A stretch of DNA of 64,000 bases from Escherichia coli (GCF_029227855.1 NZ_CP074356.1); one strand, 5' to 3'. Shown: positions 39,209-48,040, numbered from the stretch's first letter. A program made the numbers and translations. The notes: generated by a model from the sequence alone, not told the origin.

Positions 39209-39466
39209 ATGCACACTTCAGGAAAACTGAACAAACATATAAAGCCACATTACCGCGCCCTTGATATGGCTGAACACTGGCTAAGGGTGGCGATTAAGGC
39301 AATAGACCGCAACGCCGGGGAAGGATACGCGAAAGCACATCCCGAACTGATAAGCGCATTCATGACAACGGCGGCTGCAAACTTTGCCACGCTGACCGAA
39401 CGGGAGATTGCTGAAGCGGAGGAAGTGACAACAATCAATATTAAGTCCGGAGAGCAGGCAGCATGA
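39209..39466 (+). CDS. Hypothetical satellite protein (85 aa)
   Basis: Track ORF, translationally coupled to the SSB gene. Confidence 0.45.
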   Translation: MHTSGKLNKHIKPHYRALDMAEHWLRVAIKAIDRNAGEGYAKAHPELISAFMTTAAANFATLTEREIAEAEEVTTINIKSGEQAA

Positions 39467-39912
39467 CGGCGCAAATATCAGTTTACGGGCGGTTGGTGGA
39501 CGACCCGCAGACAAAACAGACCAGCAAGGGCACCCCCATGACGCTGGCGCGTATGGCGGTATCACTGCCCTGCAGTCAGTCGGATGACGGTCTGGCGACG
39601 TTGTGGTTATCTGTCCTGGCGTTTGGCAGACAAGCCGACGCGCTGGCAAAGCATCACAAAGGCGAACTCCTGAGCGTGGCGGGTAACATGCAGATGAGCC
39701 AGTGGACTGGACAGAACGGCGAAACGCGGCAGGGCTGGCAGGTTATCGCAGACAGCGTAATCAGTGCGCGATCGGTGCGACCGGGCGGCAAAAAAGGCCA
39801 ACAGGGGCAGGCTACTGACGCACTGAACAGAGCAAAACAACAGGCAGATCAGCAAGGAAGCCAGCCACCAGAGGGAGATAATGAGCAATGGGGAGATGAT
39901 ATCCCGTTTTAA
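39463..39912 (+). CDS. ssb: Single-stranded DNA-binding protein
   Basis: OB-fold-like N-terminus, Gly/Gln-rich linker and acidic C-terminal tail ending DDIPF. Confidence 0.8.
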   Translation: MTAQISVYGRLVDDPQTKQTSKGTPMTLARMAVSLPCSQSDDGLATLWLSVLAFGRQADALAKHHKGELLSVAGNMQMSQWTGQNGETRQGWQVIADSVISARSVRPGGKKGQQGQATDALNRAKQQADQQGSQPPEGDNEQWGDDIPF

Positions 39913-40128
39913 ATATTGCCAATAAAAAAAGCCGGAAAAAATAAATTTTCCGGCATGCTACATAAATCCCGACCAAAGGGAGTGAAGATATTAACACTAA
40001 TTGTCCGCACTGAAGTTGTCACACCAAAACTTTATACAACATTGCACTCGGTTGCATGTGTTCGCATGACAAATATCGGTGATAGCATATATCCACAATT
40101 ATTTTTAATGAATGCAAAGAGGATGCGT

Positions 40129-41169
40129 ATGGTTGATTTATATTCGCCTACTCAGCTTGTACAGGTAGTTAATGCTGTAGATGTACAAAAACAACTAAAT
40201 GCGTTGTTTACCAGTTTGTTTTTTACTCGCTCGGTAATGTTTGAATCGCGCGATATTATTCTTGATACAATCGACGATCCAAATATCCCAATTGCAGCGT
40301 TTTGTTCTCCTATGGTGGGTAGTAAAGTTTCACGTGACGAAGGGTACGAATCAAAAACAATTCGTCCAGGCTATATGAAGCCGAAAAGCAGCATTGATCC
40401 AAATAAGTTAGCTGTGCGCCCTGCTGGTGTGTCACCTGAGCAATACAATGCTTTTGGGGCGCGTAATATTAAAGTTAAACAGGCGATTGTAAATCAGGCT
40501 AAAGCTATTCGTGCACGTATTGAATGGCTTGCTGTTCAGGCAATCACAACGGGGAAAAATATCATTGAGGGCGATGGTATTGAACGTTATGAGCTGGACT
40601 GGAATATAAAACCACAAAATATCATCACTCAGTCTGGCGGTACTGAGTGGTCAGGTAAGGATAAAGAAACTTTTGATCCAAATGATGATATTGAGAGCTA
40701 CGCAGAATTTAGTGAGGGCGTCACTAATATCATCATTATGGGTGGTAATGTATGGAAGAAATACCGTTCATTCAGAGCGATAAAAGAGGCTTTGGATACC
40801 CGTCGTGGTTCTAATTCCGAACTGGAAACGGCCCTTAAAGACCTTGGTGATTCGGTGAGTTTTAAAGGGTATATGGGCGATGTTGCGATTGTTGTTTACA
40901 GCGGGCGTTATACCGACGAGGACGGAACAGAAAAACATTTCCTTGATCCTGATTTGATGGTGCTTGGCAATACGGCTCTTCAGGGGATTGTCGCCTATGG
41001 CGGTATTCAGGATCCGGAGCTAATCCGAATGGGGCTGACTAAAGCCGAACTTGCACCGAAAAACTATATTGTGCCTGGTGATCCGGCTATTGAATATGTG
41101 CAGACACATTCAGCACCACAGCCAATACCGGCCCGCATCAATCGTTTTGTTACCGTTCGCATTGGCTAA
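40129..41169 (+). CDS. Satellite-encoded major capsid protein, lambda gpE family (346 aa)
   Basis: Collinear similarity to gpE (ITQSGGTEWSGKDKETFDPNDDIESYA..., ..LDTRRGSNSELETALKDLG..GDVAIVVYSGRY..MVLGNT..); start set at MVDLYSPTQ with AGGA RBS. Confidence 0.8.
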   Translation: MVDLYSPTQLVQVVNAVDVQKQLNALFTSLFFTRSVMFESRDIILDTIDDPNIPIAAFCSPMVGSKVSRDEGYESKTIRPGYMKPKSSIDPNKLAVRPAGVSPEQYNAFGARNIKVKQAIVNQAKAIRARIEWLAVQAITTGKNIIEGDGIERYELDWNIKPQNIITQSGGTEWSGKDKETFDPNDDIESYAEFSEGVTNIIIMGGNVWKKYRSFRAIKEALDTRRGSNSELETALKDLGDSVSFKGYMGDVAIVVYSGRYTDEDGTEKHFLDPDLMVLGNTALQGIVAYGGIQDPELIRMGLTKAELAPKNYIVPGDPAIEYVQTHSAPQPIPARINRFVTVRIG

Positions 41170-41178
41170 GGGGGAGCA

Positions 41179-41520
41179 ATGGCTACTCATTACACTGAAC
41201 TCATGGCTGGCACTGAAGCACTGGTGACTACGCTGGGGATATTTTCAGCTAATAAAGGGGTAATTCCTGCATTTACGCCACTGATGCAGGAAGATGCAAC
41301 AGGTGCACTGGTGGTATGGGATGGTTCGAGCGTAGGTAAAGCGGTTTATGTTTCCGCTGTACAAATCGACACCGCGAAAAAAACACAGGCTCAGGTCTAT
41401 AAGACAGGTGTCTTAAATGTTGATGCTCTGAACTGGCCTGAGTCTGTTAAAGAACTGTCAGTAAAGGTTGCAGCGTTTGTTGGCTCAGGTATTTCTGTTC
41501 AGCCGCTGGCTCGTGTGTAA
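41179..41520 (+). CDS. Satellite-encoded head decoration protein, lambda gpD-like (113 aa)
   Basis: Shares THY, TPLM, LVVWDG, YKTG, WPE, AF.G..IS motifs with gpD at matching positions. Confidence 0.7.
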   Translation: MATHYTELMAGTEALVTTLGIFSANKGVIPAFTPLMQEDATGALVVWDGSSVGKAVYVSAVQIDTAKKTQAQVYKTGVLNVDALNWPESVKELSVKVAAFVGSGISVQPLARV

Positions 41521-41531
41521 AGGGGGATACA

Positions 41532-41915
41532 ATGCAGAATGATTACAATGACCTTAAGCCAATTGCCGAAATGATGTACCCGAATCAAGCTGTAGAGGAA
41601 TTAAAAGCTATCGCTGACAAAATGTGTTTAAGCGAGCGCCTTGTTGATATGAATCAGGTGATGGAAATTACAACCCTGAGTCGTCGTACACTGCTAAACC
41701 TTGAGGCTAGTGGAGAGTTCCCGGAGCGTGTGCAGGTTACGGAAGGGCGTAAGGCCTGGTATTTAAGTGAAGTGATCGACTGGATAAATAATATTCCTCG
41801 CGCTTCTGAATATTGCCGCGTACCTGTCCCAAAAAAGCCAGATGCGGCGCTATGCCTCAAGATTGAGCGTGTACGCCGCAATGCACGGGATGGTCGCTAT
41901 AAGCTGATTGGTTGA
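41532..41915 (+). CDS. AlpA/MerR-like winged-HTH protein immediately upstream of the satellite cos
   Basis: 127 aa with HTH (..MNQVMEITTLSRRTLLNLEASGEFPERVQVTEGRKAWYLSEVIDWINN..). Confidence 0.6.
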   Translation: MQNDYNDLKPIAEMMYPNQAVEELKAIADKMCLSERLVDMNQVMEITTLSRRTLLNLEASGEFPERVQVTEGRKAWYLSEVIDWINNIPRASEYCRVPVPKKPDAALCLKIERVRRNARDGRYKLIG

Positions 41916-41939
41916 TGAAATTAGGACCCGCTCTGGCTG

Positions 41940-42145
41940 GCGGGTCCTTTCCGGCGATCCAGAACGTTACGGGGCGTCAGGCGCGCAGTTTTTCGCTATT
42001 TGTGAAAATTTTCCTGTTTAAGGCGTTTCCGTTCTTCTTCGCCGTAACTTAATGTTTTTATTAAAAACACCCCCTAAAAAGAAAGGAAACGACAGGTGCT
42101 AAAAACAGGCTTTTTGGCCTCTGTCGTTTCCTTTCTCTGGTTTTG
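41940..42145 (+). other. Second cos site, belonging to the satellite: altered cohesive-end sequence (GGGCGTCAGGCG at 41972..41983) with lambda-type cosB elements
   Basis: GGGTCCTTTCCGGCGATCC..GTTACG|GGGCGTCAGGCG|CGCAGTTTTTCGCTATTTGTGAAAATTTTCCTGTTTAAGGCGTTTCCGTTCTTCTTCG..GAAAGGAAACGACAGGTG..TCTGTCGTTTCCTTTCTC tracks lambda cos closely. Confidence 0.75.
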
Positions 42146-42481
42146 TTGCCATCCGTCGCGGTCTATCACCAGAAAAAATCTTATCCCTGAGTTGAATCAG
42201 GCCCTATTCAGAAGCGGCCAATAACGCGCCGCTAGCTTCACTTCATAGTTATGGCCTACTTCTGCGCCATTGCAATTGCTTTATGCGCCTTGATGGTGGA
42301 ATATAGAGCAAGCAGTTTGCGAATAACAAAGTTTCATATGTTTTTTGCTGTGTGGCTAGACAACTTTACAGCAGAGTTTTGTGTCAGTTCTTTATGTGTG
42401 CAAGCAAGCTTGAGGGGGAATTACTTCTGGCTGTATCTTTGCTTAAGAACAGCAATAATTTAATCATAAGGAAATGTATAT

Positions 42482-42504
42482 AAGCCTGATTAAATTTCAG
42501 GCTT
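42482..42504 (-). terminator. Hairpin terminator after the TIR gene
   Basis: AAGCCTGA-TTAAATT-TCAGGCTT just 3' of the stop. Confidence 0.4.
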
Positions 42505-42513
42505 ATTGAAATG

Positions 42514-43656
42514 TTAACTCCTTATTAGAGAGTAAATTCCATCCTCTTTAAGGAAGTCTATTACTTCAAAGAATGAGATAAAGAATTCCCAAGAACCAAA
42601 AGCATATGCATGAATTTCGTAAGGTGCAAAATGGAATCTAAATCCATCACTATTTATTGTGAACGAGTCTAAGTTACTATCCATGATACCCGTTGCAAAC
42701 GTACTAATGTCGTCCTCACTTGGTTTTTCACCAGTTTTCTCCCAAAATTCACGAGCTGATTCAGAGATTATTTTTTGTTTTATCTTATTAATCGCTTCTT
42801 GCTCTTTCCCTTCGGTAAATACATCCCATAAACTAAATTTGTATGCGTAGTCATCCTTGGTTATTACGAAATTACTAGTTTCAAAATGACTGTTAGGGTG
42901 TGCTGCTCCCGCACCATACCAATGTACGGAATGAAGGATGCTCATGACATTTTCGTTACAGTATGAGATGTTATAACTTTCATTATAGGAACTAGTGTAA
43001 GTGTGTTTATATTCTTCATCCCAATATGGTGTTCCTGGCCATAGTGATGTGCGTTCAGAAAAAATATGTAAAGCCGCTTTTCCTGAAAAGTAATCACTAA
43101 TGAGTTTTGCTGATTTCGGTAATGTATGGCTTTCAATTCTTGGATATGCTATTTCAATTTCATGCCCTGGGATCTTGTTATATTCTTCCTTGAAAACCTC
43201 GCTGCTAAAGTTAAATGGCCCATAAGTGATACCTTGAGATATTTCAAGTTTTTGTTGCGATGCTGCTAATCTTAAAGATCTAGATAAAATGTCCCAACCA
43301 TCATTTCTCTTAAAATCAATGAATTGGAGCTTGCTTGATATGTAGGCGGGTACTTCGCAATCATCAATAAGTAATGGTATCACGAACACATCATCTGGTT
43401 TGTAATACTTTAGTTTATCAATGGCGTCATTTATTTCGCGGCGAATATAACCATTTTTCTGAGTGCTCACTTTGCTAAGGATAAGGATTATCAAGTTTGA
43501 ATTAGCGAAGTTTTTTTGGATTTCATAATCCCAGTTTACGCCAGCGGGTATATCTTTTACATCCATCCAAGGGGAATATCCTCCACTTTTTAGCCTTTCA
43601 TAGATTTCTTCAGTTATCGTTTCATCTTCTTTTGCATGAGCAAGAAAAATTTTCAT
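42514..43656 (-). CDS. TIR-domain protein with ~250-aa C-terminal domain of unknown function (380 aa); candidate anti-phage defence gene
   Basis: N-terminus MKIFLAHAKEDE...SNLIILILSKVS..YIRREINDAIDK..VIPLLIDD fits the bacterial TIR pattern; AAGGA RBS; AT-rich; between satellite cos and right att repeat. Confidence 0.75.
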   Translation of the reverse strand: MKIFLAHAKEDETITEEIYERLKSGGYSPWMDVKDIPAGVNWDYEIQKNFANSNLIILILSKVSTQKNGYIRREINDAIDKLKYYKPDDVFVIPLLIDDCEVPAYISSKLQFIDFKRNDGWDILSRSLRLAASQQKLEISQGITYGPFNFSSEVFKEEYNKIPGHEIEIAYPRIESHTLPKSAKLISDYFSGKAALHIFSERTSLWPGTPYWDEEYKHTYTSSYNESYNISYCNENVMSILHSVHWYGAGAAHPNSHFETSNFVITKDDYAYKFSLWDVFTEGKEQEAINKIKQKIISESAREFWEKTGEKPSEDDISTFATGIMDSNLDSFTINSDGFRFHFAPYEIHAYAFGSWEFFISFFEVIDFLKEDGIYSLIRS

Positions 43657-43863
43657 TGAATATTCCTTTATAATTTAACTAATTAAGTGAAGGAGGCTTT
43701 ACTTGGCTGTGTTAGAAAAAATTCGGTTTGTTTTTTGTACGATGCCAAGAAGGCTTTTCCCTAACCATGTATTGCAGCATGTATTGCTACGTAATTCTGC
43801 ACCCTCTCATTTATAAAATAAATCTCTGTTAAATCAAGTATCTTTTTTCTATTTGACTCATGT

Positions 43864-43873
43864 AGCCGAAGCA
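43864..43873 (+). repeat. Right copy of 10-bp direct repeat AGCCGAAGCA
   Basis: Identical to 32735..32744; E reading frame resumes immediately after. Confidence 0.6.
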
Positions 43874-44699
43874 TGAGGTGAATCCGCAGATGACCCTGCG
43901 TCGCCTGCCGGATGAAGATCCGCAGAATCTGGCGGACCCGGCTTACCGCCGCCGTCGCATCATTATGCAGAACATGCGTGACGAAGAGCTGGCCATTGCC
44001 CAGGTCGAAGAGATGCAGGCAGTTTCTGCCGTGCTTAAGGGCAAATACACCATGACCGGTGAAGCCTTCGATCCGGTTGAGGTGGATATGGGCCGCAGTG
44101 AGGCGAATAACATCACGCAGTCCGGCGGCACGGAGTGGAGCAAGCGTGACAAGTCCACGTATGACCCGACCGACGATATCGAAGCCTACGCGCTGAACGC
44201 CAGCGGAGTGGTGAATATCATCGTGTTTGATCCGAAAGGCTGGGCGCTGTTCCGTTCCTTCAAAGCCGTCAAGGAGAAGCTGGATACTCGTCGCGGCTCT
44301 CATTCCGAGCTGGAGACAGCGGTGAAAGACCTGGGCAAAGCGGTGTCCTACAAGGGGATGTATGGCGATGTGGCCATCGTCGTGTATTCCGGACAGTACG
44401 TGGAAAACGGCGTCAAAAAGAACTTCCTGCCGGACAACACGATGGTGCTGGGGAACACTCAGGCACGCGGTCTGCGCACCTATGGCTGCATTCAGGATGC
44501 GGACGCACAGCGCGAAGGCATTAACTCCTCTGCCCGTTACCCGAAAAACTGGGTGACCACCGGCGATCCGGCGCGTGAGTTCACCATGATTCAGTCAGCA
44601 CCGCTGATGCTGCTGGCTGACCCTGATGAGTTCGTGTCCGTACAACTGGCGCAATCGTGGCCCTTCGGGGCCATTTTCTCTCTGTGGAGGAGTCCATGA
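43866..44699 (+). pseudogene. E: Major capsid protein E, 3' fragment (codons ~80-341) plus 15-codon readthrough extension
   Basis: PKHEVNPQMTLRRLPDEDPQNLADPAYRRRRIIMQN... matches lambda gpE to ..DEFVSVQLA; the lambda stop position reads CAA here, so the frame runs to TGA at 44697..44699. Confidence 0.85.
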
Positions 44700-45091
44700 C
44701 GAAAGATGAACTGATTGTCCGTCTCCGGTCGCTGGGTGAGCAACTGAACCGTGATGTCAGCCTGACGGGGACGAAAGAAGAACTGGCGCTCCGTGTGGCA
44801 GAGCTGGAAGAGGAGCTTGATGACACGGATGACGCTGCCGGTCAGGATACCCCTCTCAGACCGGAAAATGCGCTGACCGGACATGAAAATGAGGTGGTAT
44901 CAGAGCAGCCGGATACCATGATTGATACGGCTGCTCTGGTCACGGTCGTGGCACTGGTGACGCTGCATACTGATGCACTTCACGCCACGCGGGATGAACC
45001 TGTGGCATTTGTGCTGCCGGGAACGGCGTTTCGTGTCTCTGTCGGTGTGGCAGCCGAAATGACAGAACGTGGCCTGGCCAGAATGCAATAA
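44696..45091 (+). CDS. FI: DNA-packaging protein FI
   Basis: MTKDELIVRLRSLGEQLNRDVSLTGTKEELALRVAELEEELDD...; lambda FI. Confidence 0.9.
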   Translation: MTKDELIVRLRSLGEQLNRDVSLTGTKEELALRVAELEEELDDTDDAAGQDTPLRPENALTGHENEVVSEQPDTMIDTAALVTVVALVTLHTDALHATRDEPVAFVLPGTAFRVSVGVAAEMTERGLARMQ

Positions 45092-45102
45092 CGGGAGGCG
45101 CT

Positions 45103-45456
45103 GTGGCTGATTTCGATAACCTGTTCGATGCTGCCATTGCCCGCGCCGATGAAACGATACGCGGGTACATGGGAACGTCAGCCACCATGACATCCGGTGA
45201 GCAGTCCGGCGCTGTGATACGTGGTGTTTTTGATGACCCTGAAAATATCAGCTATGCCGGACAGGGCGTACGCGTTGAAGGCTCCAGCCCGTCCCTGTTT
45301 GTCCGGACTGATGATGTGCGGCAACTGCGGCGTGGAGACACGCTGACCATCGGTGAGGAAAACTTCTGGATAGATCGTGTTTCGCCGGATGATGGCGGAA
45401 GCTGTCATCTCTGGCTTGGGCGGGGCGTACCGCCTGCCGTTAACCGTCGCCGCTGA
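45103..45456 (+). CDS. FII: Head completion protein FII
   Basis: 117 aa, lambda FII-like; GTG start. Confidence 0.9.
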   Translation: MADFDNLFDAAIARADETIRGYMGTSATMTSGEQSGAVIRGVFDDPENISYAGQGVRVEGSSPSLFVRTDDVRQLRRGDTLTIGEENFWIDRVSPDDGGSCHLWLGRGVPPAVNRRR

Positions 45457-45467
45457 AAGGGGGATGT

Positions 45468-46046
45468 ATGGCCATAAAAGGTCTTGAGCAGGCCGTTGAA
45501 AACCTCAGCCGTATCAGCAAAACGGCGGTGCCTGGTGCCGCCGCAATGGCCATTAACCGCGTTGCTTCATCCGCGATATCGCAGTCGGCGTCACAGGTTG
45601 CCCGTGAGACAAAGGTACGCCGGAAACTGGTAAAGGAAAGGGCCAGGCTGAAAAGGGCCACGGTTAAAAATCCGCAGGCCAGAATCAGGGTTAACCGGGG
45701 GGATTTGCCCGTAATCAGGCTGGGTAATGCGCGGGTTGTCCTGTCCCGACGCAGGCGTCGTAAAAAGGGGCAGCGTTCATCCCTGAAAGGTGGCGGCAGC
45801 GTGCTTGTGGTGGGAAACCGTCGTATTCCCGGCGCGTTTATTCAGCAACTGAAAAATGGCCGGTGGCATGTTATGCAGCGTGTGGCCGGGAAAAACCGTT
45901 ACCCCATTGATGTGGTGAAAATCCCGATGGCGGTGCCACTGACCACGGCGTTTAAACAGAATATTGAACGGATACGGCGTGAGCGTCTTCCGAAAGAGCT
46001 GGGCTATGCGCTGCAGCATCAACTGAGAATGGTAATAAAGCGATGA
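45468..46046 (+). CDS. Z: Tail completion protein Z
   Basis: 192 aa, lambda gpZ-like. Confidence 0.9.
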   Translation: MAIKGLEQAVENLSRISKTAVPGAAAMAINRVASSAISQSASQVARETKVRRKLVKERARLKRATVKNPQARIRVNRGDLPVIRLGNARVVLSRRRRRKKGQRSSLKGGGSVLVVGNRRIPGAFIQQLKNGRWHVMQRVAGKNRYPIDVVKIPMAVPLTTAFKQNIERIRRERLPKELGYALQHQLRMVIKR

Positions 46047-46438
46047 AACATACTGAACTCCGTGCAGCCGTACTGGATGCACTGGAGAAGCATGACACCG
46101 GGGCGACGCTTTTTGATGGTCGCCCCGCTGTTTTTGATGAGGCGGATTTTCCGGCAATTGCCGTTTATCTCACCGGCGCTGAATACACGGGCGAAGAGCT
46201 GGACAGCGATACCTGGCAGGCGGAGCTGCATATTGAAGTTTTCCTGCCTGCTCAGGTGCCGGATTCAGAGCTGGATTCGTGGATGGAGTCCCGGATTTAT
46301 CCGGTGATGAGCGATGTCCCGGCACTGTCAGATTTGATCACCAGTATGGTGGCCAGTGGCTATGACTACCGGCGCGACGATGATGCGGGCCTGTGGAGTT
46401 CAGCCGATCTGACTTATGTCATTACCTATGAAATGTGA
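46043..46438 (+). CDS. U: Tail terminator protein U
   Basis: 131 aa, lambda gpU-like. Confidence 0.9.
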   Translation: MKHTELRAAVLDALEKHDTGATLFDGRPAVFDEADFPAIAVYLTGAEYTGEELDSDTWQAELHIEVFLPAQVPDSELDSWMESRIYPVMSDVPALSDLITSMVASGYDYRRDDDAGLWSSADLTYVITYEM

Positions 46439-46445
46439 GGACGCT

Positions 46446-47186
46446 ATGCCTGTACCAAATCCAGTAATGCCGGTGAAAGGGGCCGGGACCACACTGTGGG
46501 TTTATAAGGGGAACGGTGACCCTTATGCGAACCCGCTTTCAGACGTTGACTGGTCGCGTCTGGCTAAAGTTAAAGACCTGACGCCCGGCGAACTGACCGC
46601 TGAGTCCTATGACGACAGCTATCTCGATGATGAGGATGCGGACTGGACTGCGACCGGGCAGGGGCAGAAATCTGCCGGAGATACCAGCTTCACGCTGGCG
46701 TGGATGCCCGGAGAGCAGGGGCAGCAGGCGCTGCTGGCGTGGTTTAATGAAGGCGATACCCGTGCCTATAAAATCCGCTTCCCGAACGGCACGGTCGATG
46801 TGTTCCGTGGCTGGGTCAGCAGTATCGGTAAGGCGGTGACGGCGAAGGAAGTGATCACCCGCACGGTGAAAGTCACCAATGTGGGACGTCCGTCGATGGC
46901 AGAAGATCGCAGCATGGTAACAGCGGCAACCGGCATGACCGTGACGCCTGCCAGCACCTCGGTGGTGAAAGGGCAGAGCACCACGCTGACCGTGGCCTTC
47001 CAGCCGGAGGGCGTAACCGACAAGAGCTTTCGTGCGGTGTCTGCGGATAAAACAAAAGCCACCGTGTCGGTCAGTGGTATGACCATCACCGTGAACGGCG
47101 TTGCTGCAGGCAAGGTCAACATTCCGGTTGTATCCGGTAATGGTGAGTTTGCTGCGGTTGCAGAAATTACCGTCACCGCCAGTTAA
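46446..47186 (+). CDS. V: Major tail protein V
   Basis: [22 protein letters not shown]...; lambda gpV with C-terminal Ig-like domain. Confidence 0.9.
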   Translation: MPVPNPVMPVKGAGTTLWVYKGNGDPYANPLSDVDWSRLAKVKDLTPGELTAESYDDSYLDDEDADWTATGQGQKSAGDTSFTLAWMPGEQGQQALLAWFNEGDTRAYKIRFPNGTVDVFRGWVSSIGKAVTAKEVITRTVKVTNVGRPSMAEDRSMVTAATGMTVTPASTSVVKGQSTTLTVAFQPEGVTDKSFRAVSADKTKATVSVSGMTITVNGVAAGKVNIPVVSGNGEFAAVAEITVTAS

Positions 47187-47201
47187 TCCGGAGAGTCAGC
47201 G

Positions 47202-47624
47202 ATGTTCCTGAAAACCGAATCATTTGAACATAACGGTGTGACCGTCACGCTTTCTGAACTGTCAGCCCTGCAGCGCATTGAGCATCTCGCCCTGATGAAA
47301 CGGCAGGCAGAACAGGCGGAGTCAGACAGCAACCGGAAGTTTACTGTGGAAGACGCCATCAGAACCGGCGCGTTTCTGGTGGCGATGTCCCTTTGGCATA
47401 ACCATCCGCAGAAGACGCAGATGCCGTCCATGAATGAAGCCGTTAAACAGATTGAGCAGGAAGTGCTTACCACCTGGCCCACGGAGGCAATTTCTCATGC
47501 TGAAAACGTGGTGTACCGGCTGTCCGGTATGTCTGAGTTTGTGGTGAATAATGCCCCTGAACAGACAGAGGACGCCGGGCCCGCAGAGCCTGTTTCTGCG
47601 GGAAAGTGTTCGACGGTGAGCTGA
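47202..47624 (+). CDS. G: Tail assembly chaperone G
   Basis: 140 aa, lambda gpG-like. Confidence 0.9.
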   Translation: MFLKTESFEHNGVTVTLSELSALQRIEHLALMKRQAEQAESDSNRKFTVEDAIRTGAFLVAMSLWHNHPQKTQMPSMNEAVKQIEQEVLTTWPTEAISHAENVVYRLSGMSEFVVNNAPEQTEDAGPAEPVSAGKCSTVS

Positions 47625-48040
47625 GTTTTGCCCTGAAACTGGCGCGTGAGATGGGGCGACCCGACTGGCGTGCCATGCTTGCCGGGATGTCATCCACGGA
47701 GTATGCCGACTGGCACCGCTTTTACAGTACCCATTATTTTCATGATGTTCTGCTGGATATGCACTTTTCCGGGCTGACGTACACCGTGCTCAGCCTGTTT
47801 TTCAGCGATCCGGATATGCATCCGCTGGATTTCAGTCTGCTGAACCGGCGCGAGGCTGACGAAGAGCCTGAAGATGATGTGCTGATGCAGAAAGCGGCAG
47901 GGCTTGCCGGAGGTGTCCGCTTTGGCCCGGACGGGAATGAAGTTATCTCCGCTTCCCCGGATGTGGCGGACATGACGGAGGATGACGTAATGCTGATGAC
48001 AGTATCAGAAGGGATCGCAGGAGGAGTCCGGTATGGCTGA
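47202..48040 (+). CDS. T: Tail assembly chaperone G-T fusion made by programmed -1 frameshift at GGGAAAG (47600..47606)
   Basis: Canonical lambda slippery heptamer near the end of G; T frame open from there to 48040. Confidence 0.75.

Larger units (their letters stand above)
32745..43863 (+). mobile_element. Integrative phage-satellite-like element (PICI/P4-like, ~11.1 kb) inserted in prophage gene E
   Basis: Bounded by the direct repeat and the two halves of E; gene order int-alpA-cargo-small genes-primase-iterons-SSB-capsid-decoration-HTH-cos-cargo. Confidence 0.8.

Noticed and set aside
42251-42463. 70-aa ORF between the satellite cos and the TIR gene
   Set aside because: Lies in an intergenic region with no RBS and odd composition; likely non-coding.
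47606-48040. T as an independently initiated gene
   Set aside because: In lambda-like phages T is made only as a G-T fusion by -1 frameshifting at GGGAAAG; annotated that way.
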